DNA of 64,000 nucleotides from Ignavibacteria bacterium. Its GTDB lineage: Bacteria; Bacteroidota; Ignavibacteria; Ch128b. The notes beneath the pieces were generated by a model. That model did not search any database. It was not told the DNA's origin and worked only from the letters and a program-made list of their open reading frames with translations. Where the stretch lies: positions 9,444-73,443 of the forward strand of contig VGVX01000002.1 in assembly GCA_016873845.1 (NCBI GenBank). Reading direction: 5' to 3'. How positions within the stretch are numbered: the first letter of the stretch is position 1; every line of letters begins with the position of its first letter. The position numbers and the translations under genes were made by a program. Positions 1 through 9,395 of the stretch are shown here, piece by piece.

Positions 1-1211
1 GGGAACATCACTATCCTAAGGTTGCAATTTTTCTTGGGATGATTACTGTTACTTATTATTTGGTTGTATTAAAAGACTCTCACAGTTTAATTCACACGCT
101 GGAGGAGTATCTTTCATTTATAGCTTTGCTGACTTCTCTTTTTGTTGCTTCAGGCGGGATATTAATTAAGATCGATCGAAAGTCAACGCCATTTGCAAAT
201 GTTATTTTTTTGTTATTCGGCGCATTGATCTCTAATCTCATTGGAACAACCGGAGCCTCAATGCTATTGATCCGTCCATTTCTTAGGATGAATCGTGATA
301 GAATTAATACGTATCATGTAGTGTTCTTCATTTTTATAGTGAGCAACATGGGAGGCGGTTTGACACCTATTGGGGATCCTCCGTTGTTTCTTGGTTTTTT
401 GAGAGGAGTTGATTTCTTTTGGGTCGCAACACATGTTTGGCACATCTGGTTAATTGGTGTATTGAGTATTTTAATTGTATTTTATTTCATTGATAAAAGA
501 AACAGTGGTAAAGGAGAATCTGTTACTGAGTACACCGGAAAAATTGAACTTCGCGGCGCAAAGAATTTTATATACTTGTTAATTGTCATTATCTCAGTTT
601 TTCTCGATCCAAAAGTTTTGAGCTGGGTTCCGAGTCTCCATCCACTCCCATTTGGAATTCGAGAAATCATAATGTTCTCCGTTGCCTTTTTCTCGTATAA
701 GTTTGCGAATAAAGAGGCGCTTAAAGGGAATGAATTTGACTTTGATCCTATCAAAGAAGTTGCATTTTTATTTATAGGAATTTTTGCAACAATGATCCCT
801 GCACTTCAATTAATTGCATATGAGACAAAAGTTTATGGTGCTCAATTGACTGCAGATATTTTTTATTGGGGGACTGGAATACTCTCGGCATTTCTTGATA
901 ATGCACCCACATATCTAAACTTTTTGAGTGCAGCAATGGGCAAGTTTGGATTAAATATTGATCTTTACCAAGATGTACATCATTTTCAAGAACAGGATCC
1001 GATTTATTTAATGGCTATTTCTGTGGCTGCTGTATTTTTCGGTGCAATGACTTACATAGGTAATGGTCCAAACTTCATGGTAAAATCAATTTCTGAGCGT
1101 GCTGGCATTGAAGTGCCGAGCTTTATCGGATATCTTGTTAAATATGCAATTCCAATTTTAATTCCGATCTTTACAATTATTTGGTTAGTATTCTTTTATG
1201 GCAGAGGTTAA
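1..1211 (+). CDS. Polytopic membrane permease, probably ArsB/NhaD ion-transporter superfamily. The frame is open back to window position 3, so the gene is likely 5'-truncated by the window edge.
   Basis: The 390 aa ORF is hydrophobic throughout, with multiple predicted TM helices. The motif 'GGGLTPIGDPPLFLGF' resembles the conserved loops of NhaD/ArsB-type transporters. There is no stop between the window start and the first ATG at 39. Confidence 0.45.
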   Translation, partial: EHHYPKVAIFLGMITVTYYLVVLKDSHSLIHTLEEYLSFIALLTSLFVASGGILIKIDRKSTPFANVIFLLFGALISNLIGTTGASMLLIRPFLRMNRDRINTYHVVFFIFIVSNMGGGLTPIGDPPLFLGFLRGVDFFWVATHVWHIWLIGVLSILIVFYFIDKRNSGKGESVTEYTGKIELRGAKNFIYLLIVIISVFLDPKVLSWVPSLHPLPFGIREIIMFSVAFFSYKFANKEALKGNEFDFDPIKEVAFLFIGIFATMIPALQLIAYETKVYGAQLTADIFYWGTGILSAFLDNAPTYLNFLSAAMGKFGLNIDLYQDVHHFQEQDPIYLMAISVAAVFFGAMTYIGNGPNFMVKSISERAGIEVPSFIGYLVKYAIPILIPIFTIIWLVFFYGRG

Positions 1212-1212
1212 T

Positions 1213-1578
1213 ATGAACACGATAAAAAAAGCTTTAGAAGAAAAGAAAAATGGTCTTTACTATGGCAATAGAATTATTTTACCATTTAACTGCACTTTGC
1301 TTAAGCTGATCTATCAATCAGAAATCATTTATGATTTCTCACACTGCAGCAGCGAAGTGATAGTATCTGAAGGTGAAAATTTTACTGACATTTACATGAA
1401 GAGACACAAATATCTGAAAGATGATATTTCGAAGTATGAAAATATTAAAATAGTTACCGCCGAGAAGGGGAGTGATATCTTTGATTTCTCAAATCATGTT
1501 AAACTCATACTTACACTGAATGACGACCATAGAATTATAATTGAAACACCAACCGACGATCAAGTCTTTATAGATTAA
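1213..1578 (+). CDS. Hypothetical small soluble protein. The start was moved to the internal Met that has a GAGG motif 8 nt upstream.
   Basis: The ORF fills the whole gap between the transporter and the nuoN-like gene. No motif was recognised. Confidence 0.3.
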   Translation: MNTIKKALEEKKNGLYYGNRIILPFNCTLLKLIYQSEIIYDFSHCSSEVIVSEGENFTDIYMKRHKYLKDDISKYENIKIVTAEKGSDIFDFSNHVKLILTLNDDHRIIIETPTDDQVFID

Positions 1579-1579
1579 T

Positions 1580-3004
1580 ATGGATATAAATTCATTTATA
1601 AATATTTTACCGATTCTTCTAATAACTCTTTTGGCTTTAGTCGCAATATTAATTGAAGCATTTATTAAGAAAAGTGAATCGATTCTTCATTGGCTGACAG
1701 TGATTGGAACGTTCGGTATTGCAGCTTATTCTCTCCTTAGCATTCATGAGCAATATCTGAATTTTTCAGGTATGATACATTCTGGGGGAATCACGCATGT
1801 TTTTTATTTTGCGTTTTTAGTAACTACTGGAATGATAGCTTTAGTTTCAAAGAATTACATGACAAAAATTCAGTTTCATCATGGAGAATATTACTTACTT
1901 CTCATGCTTGCCGCATTAGGAATGATGGTAATGGCTTCATCCCGAGATCTGATGCTCACTTTCCTTGGATTAGAATTGATGTCGGTAAGTTTTTATGTTC
2001 TTGCGGGATTCAATCGAAAAAAACTTTTAAATAACGAAGCTTCATTAAAGTATTTTTTACTTGGTGCATTTGCAACTGGTTTTTTACTGTATGGAATTGC
2101 TCTTATTTATGGATCGGCAAAAACAACAAGCATTTCGACAATCGTTGGTTCTTTTCCATCACTCCTTTCTAATGTAGTCTTTACACTTGGATTAATTCTT
2201 TTTTTAATTGGTTTATCTTTCAAAATCGCAGCATTTCCGTTTCACATGTGGGTGCCGGATGTTTATGAAGGTAGTCCAACAACAGTTACTGCGTTCATGT
2301 CTACTGCGGGAAAAATGGCAGCCTTTGCTGCTATAATTGTTTCGCTATATGGTTCTACAATACAACCTCAAATGTTTTCAGATTTAGGAAACATACTCGC
2401 TATACTTTCAGTTTTGAGTATGCTTTTTGGAAGTATTGTTGCTCTGGCACAAACTAATTTAAAACGAATGCTTGCTTATTCAAGTATTGCGCATGCAGGT
2501 TATTTGCTGATTGGAATTGCAGCCGCAAACAAGCTCGGATTGAGCGGAGTTATTTATTATTTGATCGTTTATGCTTTTATGAACATTGGAGCGTTTTTAA
2601 TTATTTCACTATTTGAAGATTCTACAGATAAGAGAATTCAGCTCGACGATTTAGCCGGATTGGTCAATCAAAAACCATTGATTGCAGCTTTTATGGCGAT
2701 GTTCATGTTTGCTTTATCAGGGCTTCCTCCATTTGGTGGTTTCTTTGGTAAGTATTATGTCTTCGTTTCTGCGATCGATGCAGGCATGACGTGGCTGGCT
2801 GTGATCGGTGTTTTATCTAGTGTTATCGCTGTCTATTTTTATTTGCGTGTAATCATATACATGTATTTTAGAGAGACTCAAGTTTATATCTCCGCAAACT
2901 ATTCATTTACTGAAAATTTTGTATTAGTCGTAAGTATTTTGATTGTGCTGCACATGGGAATTTTCCCTTCGACAGTGCTCGATTTGATCACTAGATATTT
3001 ATAA
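1580..3004 (+). CDS. nuoN: NADH-quinone oxidoreductase subunit N / MrpD-family proton-pumping antiporter-like subunit
   Basis: 474 aa with about 14 TM helices. NuoN/ND2-type motifs are present: 'LGLELMSVSFYVLAGF', 'LKYFLLGAFATGFLLYGIALIYG', 'HMWVPDVYEGSPT', 'AYSSIAHAGYLL' and 'LSGLPPFGGFFGK'. Confidence 0.8.
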   Translation: MDINSFINILPILLITLLALVAILIEAFIKKSESILHWLTVIGTFGIAAYSLLSIHEQYLNFSGMIHSGGITHVFYFAFLVTTGMIALVSKNYMTKIQFHHGEYYLLLMLAALGMMVMASSRDLMLTFLGLELMSVSFYVLAGFNRKKLLNNEASLKYFLLGAFATGFLLYGIALIYGSAKTTSISTIVGSFPSLLSNVVFTLGLILFLIGLSFKIAAFPFHMWVPDVYEGSPTTVTAFMSTAGKMAAFAAIIVSLYGSTIQPQMFSDLGNILAILSVLSMLFGSIVALAQTNLKRMLAYSSIAHAGYLLIGIAAANKLGLSGVIYYLIVYAFMNIGAFLIISLFEDSTDKRIQLDDLAGLVNQKPLIAAFMAMFMFALSGLPPFGGFFGKYYVFVSAIDAGMTWLAVIGVLSSVIAVYFYLRVIIYMYFRETQVYISANYSFTENFVLVVSILIVLHMGIFPSTVLDLITRYL

Positions 3005-3042
3005 CGTAATTTAATTTTAATCGAGCTTAATAATAAAATTGC

Positions 3043-4605
3043 ATGATTAAAGTTGTAACATCGTCAGAGATTAAAAAATTAGATCAACTCGCCTCTTCGT
3101 ACTATAAAATTCCATCAATTATTCTAATGGAAAACGCTGCCATCGGTGTTGTGGATTTCATAACAGAATATTTATGTAAAACAAACCAGATAGATCGTAT
3201 TTTAATTCTTTGCGGACACGGCAATAATGGAGGTGATGGTTTCGCAATCGCACGGCATCTAGTTATTCGTGGATTTGATGTTACCGTCCAATTTGTTGGT
3301 GAACAAAAAAAACTATCGAAAGATGCAAAAACGAATTTTGAAATTCTTAAGAAGTTCGAAAAATATGAATCCAATTTAAAGATCATATTAACTCGGAAAC
3401 CGATTTCACTCAGGAATGCTGCTGATACAAATTTAGTGATCGACGCAATGCTTGGTACAGGATTAAACTCTGCTCTCCGAAAACCTTATAATAAAATTGT
3501 AAATTGGATAAATAAAGTTGATGCAATCAAACTCGCAGTTGATCACCCCACTGGCTTATCGAGTGATGATGGATTTGTTCCGAATTATTGCTTCGAAGCT
3601 GACTATACTTTAACCATGGGCCTTCCAAAAATCGGTACACTAATAAATGAGGGGCCTAAAAATTCCGGACAATTAGAGATTGTTGACATATCTTATCCAA
3701 ATTCATTGTCCAGCAAATCAGAAATTAAGTCCTCCTTGATAGAAATCTCTGATGTAAAATCATTTCTCCCCAAAAGAAACTTAGACTCACATAAATATTC
3801 AGTCGGTAAAGTACTCGGAATTTCTGGTTCAAAAGGATTGACTGGCGCAGCAATCATGTCATCTGAATCTGCACTTCTTGCCGGATGCGGCGGAGTACTT
3901 CAATTAACCACGAATAAGCTGCAAAATGTTTTTTCCAAAAAGTTAAAAGAGGTAATGACATTTTCTGTTGAAAGTGAAAATTATTTCCTTGCTACTTCTG
4001 ATTTTAAAAAGATAAAACCAAAAATTGAATGGGCGGATATTCTGATGATTGGACCTGGGCTTGGTAGAAAAAACGAAACCGCAGAATTGCTATGGGAAAT
4101 CTTTACTAAGTTTCCCAAAAAGAAAAAAGTTTTAGATGCTGATGGATTAAATTTATTAGCGGATCAAATTATTTCGAAGAACTTAGACCTCTCGAATTCT
4201 ATTTTAACCCCTCATCTCGGTGAATTCTCGAGATTAATTCGAAAAGATGTTGAGTTCATCAAGCGAAATTTACTGCAAGCAGGCAGCAAGTTTGCCAAGA
4301 ATAATAGGTGCATTTTAGTTCTGAAGGGAGCTCCAACTATCATCTTCGATGAAAAAGGAAATAGTTATATCAATTCTACTGGAAATCCGGGAATGGCAAC
4401 AGTTGGAATGGGAGATGTATTGACCGGTATCATTTCCGGACTTTACTCCCAAGGAATATCCGCGATTGAAGCTGCGATCTGCGGTGTATTCATTCACGGA
4501 CTTTCTGGAGATATAGCAAAGAGAAGAAAGAACGAATTTAGCTTGATCTCTTCGGATGTTCAGCAAAATATCTCGAGAGCATTCAGCCTTATTATTTCAG
4601 GCTGA
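3043..4605 (+). CDS. nnr: Bifunctional NAD(P)H-hydrate repair enzyme Nnr (N-terminal YjeF epimerase plus C-terminal ADP-dependent dehydratase)
   Basis: The N-terminal 'LCGHGNNGGDGFAIARHL' is the YjeF-N signature. The C-terminal half has a carbohydrate-kinase-like fold with 'GPGLG' and 'GMGDVLTG' motifs. Length is 520 aa. Confidence 0.85.
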   Translation: MIKVVTSSEIKKLDQLASSYYKIPSIILMENAAIGVVDFITEYLCKTNQIDRILILCGHGNNGGDGFAIARHLVIRGFDVTVQFVGEQKKLSKDAKTNFEILKKFEKYESNLKIILTRKPISLRNAADTNLVIDAMLGTGLNSALRKPYNKIVNWINKVDAIKLAVDHPTGLSSDDGFVPNYCFEADYTLTMGLPKIGTLINEGPKNSGQLEIVDISYPNSLSSKSEIKSSLIEISDVKSFLPKRNLDSHKYSVGKVLGISGSKGLTGAAIMSSESALLAGCGGVLQLTTNKLQNVFSKKLKEVMTFSVESENYFLATSDFKKIKPKIEWADILMIGPGLGRKNETAELLWEIFTKFPKKKKVLDADGLNLLADQIISKNLDLSNSILTPHLGEFSRLIRKDVEFIKRNLLQAGSKFAKNNRCILVLKGAPTIIFDEKGNSYINSTGNPGMATVGMGDVLTGIISGLYSQGISAIEAAICGVFIHGLSGDIAKRRKNEFSLISSDVQQNISRAFSLIISG

Positions 4606-4714
4606 TGATGATATCTGGAACATAAAAAAAATCAATTAGTTACAAATTTGTGGTTGAAAGTTTTATGCAGTTGGTTTAACTTACAATCAAATTTTAAGAT
4701 AAAGGACGAGAACG

Positions 4715-5371
4715 ATGCCAGTATTAAAGACACCCAAAGCAGACTTAAAACGGAAATATCAGAGAGTCTTCGAAATATCATTGATCATGGCTTTAACGGT
4801 TTTAATTATCGCATTTAAGTTTTTCCCAACTTTCGAAGGTTCTGGCGCTGAAATGCAGGCAGTGCAAGAATTAGTTAACGTTGAAGATATCGTTAAAACG
4901 AAGCAAGAAAACAAACCACCGCCCCCGCCAAAACCTCCGATTCCAATTGAAGCACCATCTGATGATGTACTTGAAGATATTGAAATTGGAAGCACGGAAA
5001 TAGACCTATCACAAACATTTGAAGCTCCACCTCCACCCCCAAAAGAGACTAAAGTGATCGAAGAGGAAGTGACATATTTTGAAGTCGTTGAAGATATGCC
5101 TGAACCAATTGGCGGTATTCAAGCGATTCAATCCAAAATTACTTACCCGGAAATTGCAAAGAGAGCGGGAGTCGAAGGAAAAGTTTATATCTTAGCTTAT
5201 GTCAATGAACAAGGTGAAGTCACTAAGACAGAAGTTTTACGAGGAATAGGTGCTGGATGTGATGAAGCAGCAGAAAAAGCTGTGAGGGATACTAAATTCA
5301 AACCAGGCAAGCAGAGGGGAAAACCAGTCAAAGTTAAAGTTGCTGTTCCAATTGTGTTCACATTGAAATAA
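4715..5371 (+). CDS. Energy transducer TonB-family protein
   Basis: There is an N-terminal TM anchor, a proline-rich spacer ('KPPPPPKPPIPIE', 'APPPPPKE') and a C-terminal TonB domain ('VEGKVYILAYVNEQGEV...KFKPGKQRGKPVKVKV'). Confidence 0.75.
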   Translation: MPVLKTPKADLKRKYQRVFEISLIMALTVLIIAFKFFPTFEGSGAEMQAVQELVNVEDIVKTKQENKPPPPPKPPIPIEAPSDDVLEDIEIGSTEIDLSQTFEAPPPPPKETKVIEEEVTYFEVVEDMPEPIGGIQAIQSKITYPEIAKRAGVEGKVYILAYVNEQGEVTKTEVLRGIGAGCDEAAEKAVRDTKFKPGKQRGKPVKVKVAVPIVFTLK

Positions 5372-5937
5372 GCTTTCATTATAACTTATTAAGCTGCTCT
5401 TGTTAAAGTTGAGTTTTCACAATCATTTTTCTGCCATCTGGATGAAAAATAATTGCCTTCGGAAGGCAAGCATTGAACCAAATAAATTGGATGGCTCTCG
5501 TTCACTTACTAAATCAGTCTGAGTACAGCAGCATGAATCAATTTTAATTCTGCTTGAAGCTAGAAGCAGATTATAAAAACATCTCGAAACAACCATTAAT
5601 ACAGCTCTGCATTTAATGAAGTCTCAACGGATTTTGTGCCCCATTCATAAATCCAACATTTAAACGGCTTATTTATTTTTTTTCTTCTAAACTAAGAATA
5701 CAGGTATATTCTTTTCTTTTCAGATGGAACAATAAATCCGTTGAAATTTCATCCCCAATCATTTTTAATTTGATAAAGCCATAAACTGTAAAGACCAAAG
5801 TGTCACATTATCTCCAGCAGTTAAAATGACTTTTTATTAAGTAAATTGAGCTTTAATGATTTACAGAAACAATAAATCCATTCAGTCGAATAGTTATTAG
5901 ACAACTGCCGCTGAAATAAAAGAATTCATACTTGTAC

Positions 5938-5963
5938 AAAAAAAAGCCCGCATATCTGCGGGC
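5938..5963 (-). terminator. Rho-independent terminator for the minus-strand T9SS cargo operon
   Basis: On the + strand there is an A8 run followed by 'GCCCGCATATCTGCGGGC', a 7 bp GC-rich stem with a 4 nt loop. On the minus strand this reads as hairpin followed by a U8 tract, about 28 nt after the stop of the 5991-9365 gene. Confidence 0.65.
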
Positions 5964-5990
5964 TTTGTATGCAATATGAATTACCGGGCG

Positions 5991-8900
5991 TTACTTGATT
6001 AACACCATCTTTTTAGTTTGACTGAATTCACCTGCAGTCAATCTATAAATGTAGGTACCGCTTGCAAGTCTCGATGCATTGAATTCATAGTTATACTCAC
6101 CAGCGTTCATTGTTTCATTCTTTATCAATGTTGCAACGAGTTCACCAAGCACATTGTAAATCATCAATGACACAGCACTCTCTTTCGGCAATCCAAATCG
6201 TATCGTAGTATTTGGATTGAATGGATTCGGATAATTTTGATACAGAGAGTATTCTTTCGGGATTTCGAACTCAGTTTCTACTCCAACTAAAACTACATCT
6301 TTAAGATGTGACGAGTCGGGTAAAACAGCAAATGTATCAACTACTACTGCTGAACTTAGATAGCGATGCATTTTGAGAGTATGATCGGCACCAAATCCAC
6401 CTTCATTGTCGTTTCCACCGCCATTGTTTGCGGCATCGCCAAAGTTAGCTCCATATTTGTATTTAACGGTTAATACCGTATATGGTGGGAAGTTTATTAT
6501 ACCGGAGAATTTTCTGTCACCAGGTGTAACATCGCCATGTGTACCGTCATCATAGAGTCTAATCATTTTTGACAGATCTGTATCAGGCCAACCGCCACCC
6601 GGCCATTGCAATGGGCTTGCACTCCCAGCAACATGTATAGTATTCATAGCTGGGAATGGCTGACCATTGATAACACTCACCGCTGTTGGCGGGACATAAA
6701 CAGTAAATAACAATGTTGCTGGCTGATTTAATACCGTAGCCAATGTACCATTATTAAAGCTACCGCTGTAAGTTGCCATACCAGATGAAATATCAGCGGC
6801 AGTGAAAGTATAAATTCTATTTTCTACGCTTTCCCAATTATTTGGAGTGTACCAGAATTTGAATTCTATATTTTCACCTTCAGCCCCAAGAATTGTGAAT
6901 GTACCTTCGTAGATATCTGGATTTAAAGGATTTGGAATTAAACGATTAGCTTTCGGTGTCCATCCTTGGAATGAACCATTAACAGAAACCGTATCAACTG
7001 CTGGATTGAATCTGCCTGATAGTCTTTCGAGTTCCATATTAACAGAGAAATACATACTTACGTTTTTGGATACTTTGTCATCTCTGTCAAAATACCCACC
7101 ATCAACGATTTGCGCACCGTCAACGAGTGTGTATTCTCTATTCGGATCGCTTTCCCATCTATCTTGTGATGCGCTTACATCTACATACATGAATTTAAAT
7201 TGTAAAACAGTTCCAGCAGTTCCGATGTTCGCAATCGTTACTGTGTAGATTGAATCACCATCACCATCGGACAGTTGATTGGTAGTTCCCCATCCATTAA
7301 ATGAACCTCTAACATACAGTAAATCCTCCGCTGGATTAAATGCGCCTTCAAGAATTTTCACTTTCATGTTAACTTTAAAAGTGACCACTGGTGCTAAGTA
7401 TGCAACAAAGTCTGTTGCATAATATCTTGGCTGGATTTGATATCCGCCAAAATAAACAGATGCAGATGGAGTGAATTGTGTAGCAACGCCTATTACTGAG
7501 ACTGGATACGATACTTCTGTTTGACCATCTATATCAGTGTCTGCATCTATTCTCATGATAACTGTATCAGTTCCTGTTGAGCTCATTAGCATATTTGCAT
7601 TTGAACCAGTTGCAGGCCAAGCTGGCGAACCAGCACGTTTTGAAAGTCCATTGATCCTGATCAATTTACCTTCGTATGTCTCACCGTTATTATTGAAATT
7701 TGCTACTGTTACAACCTCTGGGGCAGGGACAAATGCATTTTTCTTTAAGACGCGAATATTTTGATTATTTGCCGTAAAAGGTACGATTTCAGTCAAACCA
7801 CGATAATGGTCTAATGTACCTGTAACTAAAACCGAATCTCCAAGATCAAATGGCATTACTGTACCGGATTTATATAAATTCATTCCTGCAGTATGATCTT
7901 GAATATAATATGATGTTGCCGTTCCGACGTAATTTGGCGATGTAATTACACCAGTAACCGTCATTGTATCACCGGTAACTTTTAAATCAGGTATGCCGTC
8001 ATTGTTGGCATCAACTCTTGCTTGCGCGAGAGTATAGTATTTTATATGGTCGAGGATAACCAAAGGAACACGTAAGCCTGTTCCGTCCCACTCATTAGTA
8101 TAGATAACTTCAAGTTTAGCATCTCCATCAACATTTGCAATGTTGATTACCCCAAATCTTCCATCTGAAGCAATACCTTTATCGATTAGGGAAGTTTCAT
8201 AGCTGCTGGGACTTGTAATTGAACCACCAAGATATTTCATTCGAACTATACTGCCAACATTTGTTGCATTGAATGTTCCAAATACAAAATCGAGTTTGCC
8301 GTCTCTATCAATATCTCCATAATCCGATCCAACTAAACGACCTGCAGCTCCAATCAGAGTACTAAAATCGGCAATCTGAGTAGCCGTAAGAACGCCAGGG
8401 GCTGTTTCTTGGAGTAACAAAACAACTTTCGGATCACCAGCTGTAAACCCTCCTCCGATGACAATCTCTTTAGTATTATCATTGTTAAGGTCTACTACAC
8501 AAGCACTTTTCCATGGTCCGCCAGTGACTAATCCGACCTGAGAAGTTCCTTTCGACCAAGCTCCCGAACTGTAAGTAAAAGGTGTAACATCCCCATTAGC
8601 GTGGAAGAGATATACAGTACTTCCAAGAATAGCTAAATCATATAAAGTTGAAGTCGATACTCCCGTAACACCAAGAGCAGAATATTCCATTGTCCAGATT
8701 TCAGATCCATCTCCATTATCAGGGATGTTATTTACCGAAATAACTCCGAATCTATGGCCTGAAACTCGGCTTACAAAAATTAATTCTGGTGTAGTGTCAT
8801 TATCAATATCATTGATGAACCACCTAATTGGTCGTAAGTTAGTATTGTCTGCAACACCCATATTCCATTGAGCGTTAGGTTTGAAATTAGTGCCATCTGG

Positions 8901-9365
8901 TACACCCAGAATGTCACTGCCATCCCCTTTAACTTCAAATACGACGACACGAGGAGGATTTAGATTTCCAGTTTCAAGAAAATTTACTGGTCCCCATATT
9001 ACCTCTTTCTTGCCATCTTTGTCTAAATCACCAACGGTAAGCGCTGGATATGTATTTTGTTTGGGAATATTTAAAGTGGCTCTCCAAACAGTATCCCATT
9101 TTGTACCATCGAATTCGAATTTATAAATTCGTGGAATTAATTCTCCTGGGCCAGCATCGGTATAGTTACTATTTACAGCGTAAATTTCAACTTTACCATC
9201 GTTGTCGAGGTCGACACCTGAGACAATGTTGCCAAATCCTGCGGTCTCAATTGTTGGAGGGGCAATTGTTGTTTGTCTCACAAATCTCTCCACTTGGGCA
9301 TAAGTGTTCGCAATTCCTATCCCGAATAGGAGGAGTGTGAGAAATACAAAATATATTTTTTTCAT
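5991..9365 (-). CDS. Large secreted T9SS cargo protein with an FG-GAP-type beta-propeller, two carbohydrate-binding-module-like beta-sandwich domains and a T9SS C-terminal sorting domain
   Basis: Signal peptide 'MKKIYFVFLTLLLFGIGIANTYAQ'. Repeated 'DLDNDGKVEIY', 'VGDLDKDGKKEVI', 'VDLNNDNTKEIVI' and 'GDIDRDGKLDFVF' are FG-GAP / integrin-alpha-type calcium-binding repeats. Two modules 'GSFNGWGTT...FKFMYV...RWESDPNREYTL' and 'NGSFQGWTP...FKFWYTPNNWESVENRIYTF' resemble starch/glycan-binding CBMs (CBM20/25/26-like). The C-terminus 'YQNYPNPFNPNTTIRF...GTYIYRL' is a T9SS type-A sorting domain. Confidence 0.8.
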   Translation of the reverse strand: MKKIYFVFLTLLLFGIGIANTYAQVERFVRQTTIAPPTIETAGFGNIVSGVDLDNDGKVEIYAVNSNYTDAGPGELIPRIYKFEFDGTKWDTVWRATLNIPKQNTYPALTVGDLDKDGKKEVIWGPVNFLETGNLNPPRVVVFEVKGDGSDILGVPDGTNFKPNAQWNMGVADNTNLRPIRWFINDIDNDTTPELIFVSRVSGHRFGVISVNNIPDNGDGSEIWTMEYSALGVTGVSTSTLYDLAILGSTVYLFHANGDVTPFTYSSGAWSKGTSQVGLVTGGPWKSACVVDLNNDNTKEIVIGGGFTAGDPKVVLLLQETAPGVLTATQIADFSTLIGAAGRLVGSDYGDIDRDGKLDFVFGTFNATNVGSIVRMKYLGGSITSPSSYETSLIDKGIASDGRFGVINIANVDGDAKLEVIYTNEWDGTGLRVPLVILDHIKYYTLAQARVDANNDGIPDLKVTGDTMTVTGVITSPNYVGTATSYYIQDHTAGMNLYKSGTVMPFDLGDSVLVTGTLDHYRGLTEIVPFTANNQNIRVLKKNAFVPAPEVVTVANFNNNGETYEGKLIRINGLSKRAGSPAWPATGSNANMLMSSTGTDTVIMRIDADTDIDGQTEVSYPVSVIGVATQFTPSASVYFGGYQIQPRYYATDFVAYLAPVVTFKVNMKVKILEGAFNPAEDLLYVRGSFNGWGTTNQLSDGDGDSIYTVTIANIGTAGTVLQFKFMYVDVSASQDRWESDPNREYTLVDGAQIVDGGYFDRDDKVSKNVSMYFSVNMELERLSGRFNPAVDTVSVNGSFQGWTPKANRLIPNPLNPDIYEGTFTILGAEGENIEFKFWYTPNNWESVENRIYTFTAADISSGMATYSGSFNNGTLATVLNQPATLLFTVYVPPTAVSVINGQPFPAMNTIHVAGSASPLQWPGGGWPDTDLSKMIRLYDDGTHGDVTPGDRKFSGIINFPPYTVLTVKYKYGANFGDAANNGGGNDNEGGFGADHTLKMHRYLSSAVVVDTFAVLPDSSHLKDVVLVGVETEFEIPKEYSLYQNYPNPFNPNTTIRFGLPKESAVSLMIYNVLGELVATLIKNETMNAGEYNYEFNASRLASGTYIYRLTAGEFSQTKKMVLIK

Positions 9366-9395
9366 AAGTACTCCTTTAATTGATTTATGATTTAG

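Noticed and set aside
482-754. Antisense and overlapping short ORFs inside clearly conserved coding genes
   Set aside because: Examples are 482-754, 3102-3386, 4759-4995, 7006-7248, 11093-11596, 13207-13661, 16057-16750, 21023-22248, 28120-28410, 31020-31356, 46899-47372, 49192-49458, 55172-56452 and 58231-58951. These are shadow ORFs in AT-rich DNA opposite genes with strong motif support. They have no independent signals.
5440-5475. SRP (4.5S) RNA-like motif 'CUUCGGAAGGCAAGCA'
   Set aside because: It only superficially resembles the SRP domain IV 'GGAAGGAAGCAGC'. The flanking 'GUCAGGUCC' and the closing helix are absent, so I treated it as a plain hairpin inside the ORF-free tract.
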